A stretch of 64,000 nt of DNA. Origin: a virus. The notes under the pieces are model-generated. The model worked only from the letters and a program-made list of their open reading frames with translations, was not told the origin of the DNA and searched no databases. Each line of letters starts with the position of its first letter. Positions within the stretch are counted from its first letter, which is position 1. Below, piece by piece: positions 59,001 to 64,000 of this stretch. The DNA is taken from positions 32,001 through 96,000 of IMG/VR virus record IMGVR_UViG_3300044712_000336, one strand, 5' to 3'. Both the position numbers and the translations under genes were made by a program.

Positions 59001-60147
59001 CATAGTTAGAATCCCCATCATTGTCAAGTATGTTATATGGATTAAGTGAATCTTCTGTTTCTAATGGATTACCTACATAAGTATTACCATTAGAATTATA
59101 TCTATATGATTGAGCATCCCAATTTTCTAATTCGTCATCCCAATATATAGTTTCTTTTATATTCCCTATAAATAATCTGTTATCTCTAACAGTCATAGTT
59201 TTAGCATATATTGGATTTTTTACCATTGTATATTCATCCAATGTTAATGTTCCTATATATGAATTTCCTGTATCGACAATATTAATTGTATTTGCAATTG
59301 GATATTTACCAACTATATTAATAACTGGTGTACTTTCCTTTTCATTATAGTGTAATGCTATTACTTCTATATTATCATATTTACTAGTATCTTGTACTAA
59401 TGTAATTGTTAAATTAATACCTTTTCCTGTATCTGTATTAGCACTACTTCCTTGAAAAACTGCACTATATATACTAGATTGAAATAATGGAATTACTTGA
59501 GATAATGGACTAAATACTGTTTCAATACCATAATTATTATATAAACGATAAGCATATTGTATAGTACCTGATAATAAATTGCCACTAGTATATGAACTAA
59601 ATACAGGTTCATTTAATTTAATATCTTGTACAATATCTAATCTCTCTGGTTCTATTCCAGATCCCCCAACAATATTAAAAAATCGTAAATTATTGCGATG
59701 TGTTCCATCATCATTAAGATCTATAAAATATACTTTCTGTATATCCTCAGATTCATATCTACCAATAGCAATTACTTTTTCACCTAAATCTAAGTTACCT
59801 TGATATACGTAATTATTAACATCAAAATCAAATACTAATTCATTTATTTGAATTAATCTATATATACGTGCTGATGTAGTACTAATATGTTTATAAAACA
59901 ATATAATATCATTATTAATAGTACACCATCCTACCAGTTTGTAATTAGTTACTGCTGTATTTATATTTGTTCCTTCATCATCTAATAATTCTATATTCCC
60001 TCTTATATTAAATATTGATGAAGATGATATTTCATCGTTCCAATTCAATCTACCATTAACTAAATTGTAATACTTATGTGGGGCAAACTTATTCTTTGAT
60101 GTATCTCTATCTAATCCACCTATAAATGTATTTATAGTTTGTTCCAT
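56089..60147 (-). CDS. tail muzzle / stabilisation protein (crAss-type)
   Basis: NTFIGGLDRD start, YAYRLY, DNRLFIGN, RDEIYRFGIVF..WIGDIRMP, GDTYI, RLRDFY end; beta-rich. Confidence 0.8.
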   Translation of the reverse strand: MEQTINTFIGGLDRDTSKNKFAPHKYYNLVNGRLNWNDEISSSSIFNIRGNIELLDDEGTNINTAVTNYKLVGWCTINNDIILFYKHISTTSARIYRLIQINELVFDFDVNNYVYQGNLDLGEKVIAIGRYESEDIQKVYFIDLNDDGTHRNNLRFFNIVGGSGIEPERLDIVQDIKLNEPVFSSYTSGNLLSGTIQYAYRLYNNYGIETVFSPLSQVIPLFQSSIYSAVFQGSSANTDTGKGINLTITLVQDTSKYDNIEVIALHYNEKESTPVINIVGKYPIANTINIVDTGNSYIGTLTLDEYTMVKNPIYAKTMTVRDNRLFIGNIKETIYWDDELENWDAQSYRYNSNGNTYVGNPLETEDSLNPYNILDNDGDSNYVYKYQINGSTIGGTGVNISYNFNTYESYNLDNDDGSDLFKRSLSQSKSSSDKDWVLGIKRNFQRDEIYRFGIVFFNKKMQQSFVKWIGDIRMPNLYDRNIINRSINTTYANTMCPIFTVSNFPTSAIAFQIVYVKREEWDKTVVAQGLGLALYYNSSVGRYNAIANIDYPDDGHLDVLKTQPTVDILTPYVTFSNSFNVADRIDLIGKYLRSDYTSVQAPYAERARTVKYRNITALNSGIERKTISDMQKLKPLQYTVINGLSQIAYVNESDDNRSGGWAGIRGTSIIVNVNSNWDAGSTDWGMFNIRKKIYPYGGYTYIARQTNTYIPASEIQFINNTNPITTTCYYGDTYICYYECLRTLWSDGLGHGEPTQDWVYIPLETSFNLIYRQDINTNSRALNQSVPSPSADILDRYSSTDYYWVSEDNLYKYNSAYSRVNNTNISIPKPSTVLNVIVKPSEIKYSDFKYDNEIKDSWLSFRTNNNNSVIGNYGEISHLQELNNQVYCFQTNAISLCSINRQELTTGSSGTTIVLGKGGVLDRFDYLSTEIGCILKSQIVKTPSSLFWIDVYRKKLYRISPTGFESYGDNKLVSSIFKESIDNYSWLHGIYYNNTVFLSVKNTYPNYVALVDKLDAEPRYYKLLFDNGSIVKDTFTNKDTYENTTFFVGNTYSINGKDYLVTDIGRYYIKIYDVTGTSTINDGDLIDIRDYVKYPNEFTLLYSELLQEFEGFQTIYPDIYIKNNQSLFTYLNVNTKNNSYNNRLWLHNIGYFGKFYNSTSYDNLILEIIVNVGGNDILEFNNVEWLCEVTSNSQDIINESLHYIQGENTYQQSELIKLYPIQNDNDIEYDEGFNIPTFLSYSAGTYNKYEVVTYNGNNYISLKNSNTTIPSNDHINWETYNLYNCRRTVRNWSTMMPRTYSYTERDLINNVDTIITKHNRLRDFYVKIRFVFVNDGTKKLMLHDIRTNYERV

Positions 60148-60153
60148 TAGTGA

Positions 60154-60861
60154 TTAAGTATTATATTGTTTTGTAACTAAATCATTAAGATCTTGTATAG
60201 GAACTTGTTGTATACTTCTATCATCTTTACTTAAAGTCATTCTACCTCTAGTTAATTTAGGTAATACTCTTAGCATTGAGTTTGATAGTTTATATTCTTC
60301 TTCTACTGAAGGAAGAAGTGATGATACTCTTGCTTGTCCAGAATAGAATAACCATTCTTGTTTAGCTCGTTCATATTTATGTTCATTTATAAGATCTTGC
60401 CAATATAATTTATTACATAATTTTTCTTTTAAATATGCTTTAATAGCATTGATTGCATATATTTTATTTATTATTAATGGATCACCATTCTCATCTAATG
60501 GTAATGATGATATTTTCATATACACATCCTTATCTGTTTTATCTGAGATGATATATCCATCTTCTATAGTATAGGAATACATATCTCTATTCATATCCAA
60601 TATATCTACACGATTCATAATTATATCATCACATGATAAATATATTATATTTTCTACAAATTCTGGAATCTTTGCTTTATTCTCTTCTAATCTTAACTTT
60701 ATAATTTCAGTTTCATTACCTTTTATCATACCTATAATTCGCATACAATCATATACATGTGTTGATATTTCAGCAGGATTCATATACTTCTGTATCATAA
60801 AAGTAGGTAATTCAGAAGTTAATCTCTCTAATATTTCATTTATTGTAACGTATATATACAT
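60154..60861 (-). CDS. tail ring / tubular protein
   Basis: LPLDENGDPLI, W..Y..QAR motifs; adjacent to muzzle gene. Confidence 0.65.
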   Translation of the reverse strand: MYIYVTINEILERLTSELPTFMIQKYMNPAEISTHVYDCMRIIGMIKGNETEIIKLRLEENKAKIPEFVENIIYLSCDDIIMNRVDILDMNRDMYSYTIEDGYIISDKTDKDVYMKISSLPLDENGDPLIINKIYAINAIKAYLKEKLCNKLYWQDLINEHKYERAKQEWLFYSGQARVSSLLPSVEEEYKLSNSMLRVLPKLTRGRMTLSKDDRSIQQVPIQDLNDLVTKQYNT

Positions 60862-61340
60862 TTGCGTTGTAGTATTGGGAAATCGTTAAATGGAAGTTTA
60901 TTATCTTTAATTAATTTAGATAAGTATTGTTTATTATCTCTACTCATCTTTAGAGAAAACCATTTAATATGTCGTATTTTACCATTATTATTTAGTTTAT
61001 TCCAACGAAATATATACTGTAATCCATCAGAATGATAGTTCTCAAAGAATACGTGTTTACCTGCCTTTAAAGTTTCTGGCCAATTTATGTAACTATAATG
61101 TTTAACTATTTGAGTTTTATCTTTGTTCATACGATAATAATCTTTTTTATATATTGATAATGTTCCTAGACCGTATGGGAATCTATACTCAAATCCTGTA
61201 TCTATTAACATTTTTATAATAGCACTGTTTATTTCAGTACATATATTGATATAATTTGTACTTCCTATATCTGTTTTAGTTATATGATTGTACATTTTAT
61301 AAGCATCTACTATTTTAAGATATTGTCTCTTTTTTGACAT
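60840..61340 (-). CDS. IHF/HU-like conserved crAss protein
   Basis: FPYGLGTLSI, INWPET, N.HSDG, basic; typical position among ring genes. Confidence 0.6.
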   Translation of the reverse strand: MSKKRQYLKIVDAYKMYNHITKTDIGSTNYINICTEINSAIIKMLIDTGFEYRFPYGLGTLSIYKKDYYRMNKDKTQIVKHYSYINWPETLKAGKHVFFENYHSDGLQYIFRWNKLNNNGKIRHIKWFSLKMSRDNKQYLSKLIKDNKLPFNDFPILQRKCIYTLQ

Positions 61341-62031
61341 CTAGTTCTAATTCTTTAAGTTTACTATTTATTACAACTTGTATATCTGTTTGTAATATTG
61401 CATTTTTAATATATGTCCACATTGCTTGTGATACTGGATATTTTTCTGCGAATACATCATTTATACCAATTGTTCCAGTATTATAAATATATGAATTATT
61501 CTTATAGGAATATACAAGCTCAGGTTGTTCAAATATTCCTTCAATGGACAGATAATCTATCATATTATATTTAAAACTAAACTTGTTAGTAATTAACCAA
61601 ATATATCCATCATATATAGTTACAAACGGTTTATTCTTACTAAATCGTGTATGACCTACATAAGGTATTCTATCTCGATGAACATAACTTAGTTTAGTTT
61701 CTTTTATTCCACTAGTACGTATAAATAGTACATTATAATCGTGAGATAATTCAACCAATGTAGGAATACGTAATTCTGTCCTAAAGATATTATAACTAGA
61801 GGGATCATCTATAAATGTAGAACCATTAACTGCCTTTAGTTTTAATCCATCAATAGGTTGTCTTATATTATCTTCTATACTTCTACCTTTATTTAATTCA
61901 TTTTTTAACCATAATGATCTTTGATTATTCATAAATTGAAGGATTAACCTCCGACTTAATTTATTGTCAGAGGTTAATCCATGTATTCTTATAAGTTCTT
62001 CTATTTCATTAACGCATTGTAATATTGTCAT
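61315..62031 (-). CDS. tail ring protein
   Basis: Position; EGIFEQP and YPVS motifs. Confidence 0.55.
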   Translation of the reverse strand: MTILQCVNEIEELIRIHGLTSDNKLSRRLILQFMNNQRSLWLKNELNKGRSIEDNIRQPIDGLKLKAVNGSTFIDDPSSYNIFRTELRIPTLVELSHDYNVLFIRTSGIKETKLSYVHRDRIPYVGHTRFSKNKPFVTIYDGYIWLITNKFSFKYNMIDYLSIEGIFEQPELVYSYKNNSYIYNTGTIGINDVFAEKYPVSQAMWTYIKNAILQTDIQVVINSKLKELELDVKKETIS

Positions 62032-62812
62032 CTTCTTTAAGTTTTATATATATTTTTAAACCATTATTATACATATTTGTTACAAATGTTGTTATTGTTG
62101 ATAAAAATATTTCATTAGTTTTACCATTCCAATAATTATCAGATATTTTCTTTAATTCTGCTTTAAATGCTTCTATATGTGCATATGCTCTTGAATTACT
62201 TTTTAATTCATTTATAAATCTATTATCCATATATCTTTCTGCAACTATTCGTAATGAATCAAATATAGATGATATTCCTATATCTAAATCTTTTATATCT
62301 AAACCTTTTAATCCTGAATTTATACAGTCATTTGCAAATATTATACTAGCATCTCTACCATGATATATTAATGATACAAACTGTTCATCTTTAACTGTAT
62401 TTAAGTTATTATCTCGTATAAATTCAGATGTTACTTTTTTTATTTCTCTACGTACTTTATTTTCATAAACTGTTCGTTCTGCATGAACTTTTAAATCTAA
62501 CATTGATATATTTATATGTTTTATTTGTTCCTTTATATCAGAAACTTCACTAGATATAACATTACTCTTTTTACTAATAGTTTCAATATTTGTTTCTAAT
62601 TGTTTTACTTTAGTACTAAGTATATCTAACTTTTCATTAGTTTGTTTAAATTGTTCTAATACTTTATTTGTATTATCATTATCTCTATTTACATACTTCT
62701 TTTTCTGACGTTTTAATCCATAAAGTACACTAACTATAGCACCTGTTACTGTTGTAATTATAGTTGTTATGTACTTTAAAGATTCTGGTGTAGTTAAATC
62801 TTTTAAATCCAT
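62009..62812 (-). CDS. membrane-anchored coiled-coil protein (possibly lysis-related)
   Basis: N-terminal hydrophobic helix, basic patch, then coiled coil. Confidence 0.45.
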   Translation of the reverse strand: MDLKDLTTPESLKYITTIITTVTGAIVSVLYGLKRQKKKYVNRDNDNTNKVLEQFKQTNEKLDILSTKVKQLETNIETISKKSNVISSEVSDIKEQIKHINISMLDLKVHAERTVYENKVRREIKKVTSEFIRDNNLNTVKDEQFVSLIYHGRDASIIFANDCINSGLKGLDIKDLDIGISSIFDSLRIVAERYMDNRFINELKSNSRAYAHIEAFKAELKKISDNYWNGKTNEIFLSTITTFVTNMYNNGLKIYIKLKEDDNITMR

Positions 62813-62892
62813 TATTGTAATACTAATTTAGTTAATAAGTATATAGTCATAACATTACTCAATATTATATTAATTATAGACTTTATAATAGT

Positions 62893-63348
62893 TTATGGTC
62901 TATCTTGTATAATTACCCCTAAATTCTCAAGTATAGGAATAGCTTCTGGATCTGGATTATTCATATATACTTCAAACCCACCATCTATTTTTACAAATGG
63001 GTTTTCATTATTATACACTTGGTCTATAAATGTTTTAGCATTAGCAGTAAACCAAGCTATCTGATCATTAGTTAAAAATATTCTTTTTAGTTTATCTGGA
63101 TATAACCAATCGTTAAAATTACTAATTATTGTATAATCAGGATTACTATCTAAAAAGTTATTAACTACAACACTTAATATTTTAGCTTTATCATTTTCTG
63201 ATAACGTATTTATTAGTATCTCTTCTTTTGGGGAATTATATCTACTCTGTTGTACATTTATACAAACAGTATTTCTAATAGAATCTACACCAGTGAAATC
63301 AATTATTTTTTGATAATTATCACCTTGTACAGTATTTATTACTTTCAT
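62893..63348 (-). CDS. hypothetical protein (tail region)
   Basis: ORF track. Confidence 0.6.
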   Translation of the reverse strand: MKVINTVQGDNYQKIIDFTGVDSIRNTVCINVQQSRYNSPKEEILINTLSENDKAKILSVVVNNFLDSNPDYTIISNFNDWLYPDKLKRIFLTNDQIAWFTANAKTFIDQVYNNENPFVKIDGGFEVYMNNPDPEAIPILENLGVIIQDRP

Positions 63349-63349
63349 G

Positions 63350-63889
63350 TTAATATCTTATTGTGAAATTAAATATTTTTAGTATGTTACTTGCATTTAT
63401 CGCTTCAAACCTGTAAGTAAGTTGTATTGTATTATCAATTGTAGTATTTATAAGTTGTGGAGTGGATTGTGTTAATTGTCTATATTTAGTAGAAGCAGGA
63501 TCATATATTTTTGAACCACCACATACAACACATGTACCAGTAGAACCTATTGTTAATATTTTAACTACTAAATTTAATTCTACATTAATCGTAGTTAGTC
63601 CATTTGGTAATGCGAATCCAGAAGAAACTATAATATCATTTCCACCTATCTTTAATTTTTGAGTAGCAGTTTGAGCGTTAAAAGTAGATAGTACACCGTT
63701 TGTTTGTAAGAATATACTACTACCAACTTTAAGGTAATTAGATTTTATTATATTACTTCCAAAATAAGTAGTACTCATTTGATCAGTTTCAACATCTGTG
63801 TTTTCAATAGTTCTTATCTCATTATTTTGCTGTAAAATTGTTAAAAGATTAGGAGCAAATGAGTAAGAATTAGTATCATTTTTATTCAT
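63350..63889 (-). CDS. beta-rich tail-fibre-associated protein
   Basis: T/S/N/I-rich beta-strand composition, tail region. Confidence 0.5.
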   Translation of the reverse strand: MNKNDTNSYSFAPNLLTILQQNNEIRTIENTDVETDQMSTTYFGSNIIKSNYLKVGSSIFLQTNGVLSTFNAQTATQKLKIGGNDIIVSSGFALPNGLTTINVELNLVVKILTIGSTGTCVVCGGSKIYDPASTKYRQLTQSTPQLINTTIDNTIQLTYRFEAINASNILKIFNFTIRY

Positions 63890-63893
63890 TATG

Positions 63894-64000
63894 TTAATAT
63901 GTTACATTATTAGCAAATTCATTACCAGCTACATTGATTATATCAGTATCACATAGATTATCAGTAACTATATTTCCTGTAACTGATCCAAGTACAATTG
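63894..64000 (-). CDS. 3' end of a gene running off the window (possible beta-helix tail spike)
   Basis: IVLGSVTGNIVTDNLCDTDIINVAGNEFANNVTY-stop. Confidence 0.45.
   Translation of the reverse strand, partial: IVLGSVTGNIVTDNLCDTDIINVAGNEFANNVTY

Noticed and set aside
887-63662. Short antisense ORFs in the ORF track (e.g. 887..1105, 8655..8942, 48854..49246, 55465..55713)
   Set aside because: They lie opposite well-supported genes, have shadow-frame composition and show no motifs.
1-64000. Stop-codon reassignment (TAG or TGA), known in some crAss-like phages
   Set aside because: Both arms are densely covered by long intact standard-code ORFs, including one of 5116 aa, and TAG and TGA end genes at sensible places.

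Overview
Very AT-rich fragment of a crAss-like (Crassvirales) phage genome, with a Bacteroidota host inferred from TTTG-N19/20-TAnnTTTG promoters and A-rich starts lacking Shine-Dalgarno sites. ORFs read cleanly in the standard code. The + strand arm (1-31985) is the replication, nucleotide-metabolism and accessory region. It encodes UDG, PolB, DnaB-like helicase, primase, AAA ATPases, a probable SSB, a 5'-3' exonuclease, ThyX-like, dUTPase and Thg1-like enzymes, a Tad2/DUF2829 anti-defence protein, a pyruvoyl-dependent arginine-decarboxylase-like enzyme, and many small ORFs. The - strand arm (32171-64000) converges on it at a strong hairpin. It encodes ring, IHF-like and muzzle tail proteins, ejected cargo proteins, a 5116-aa virion RNA polymerase polyprotein (SF1 helicase + zincin + DxDxD RNAP) and a 1417-aa cargo protein with a PD-(D/E)xK nuclease domain. 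The best candidate for an undescribed system is at 10517-12937: two Cys-rich microproteins, then three tandem genes sharing only an N-terminal IRxx[VI]FETNSxSTHS[VI]xI motif, then an overlapping radical SAM enzyme. This looks like a phage-encoded protein-maturation (PTM/cofactor) module. All family calls come from motifs read by eye; no searches were run.
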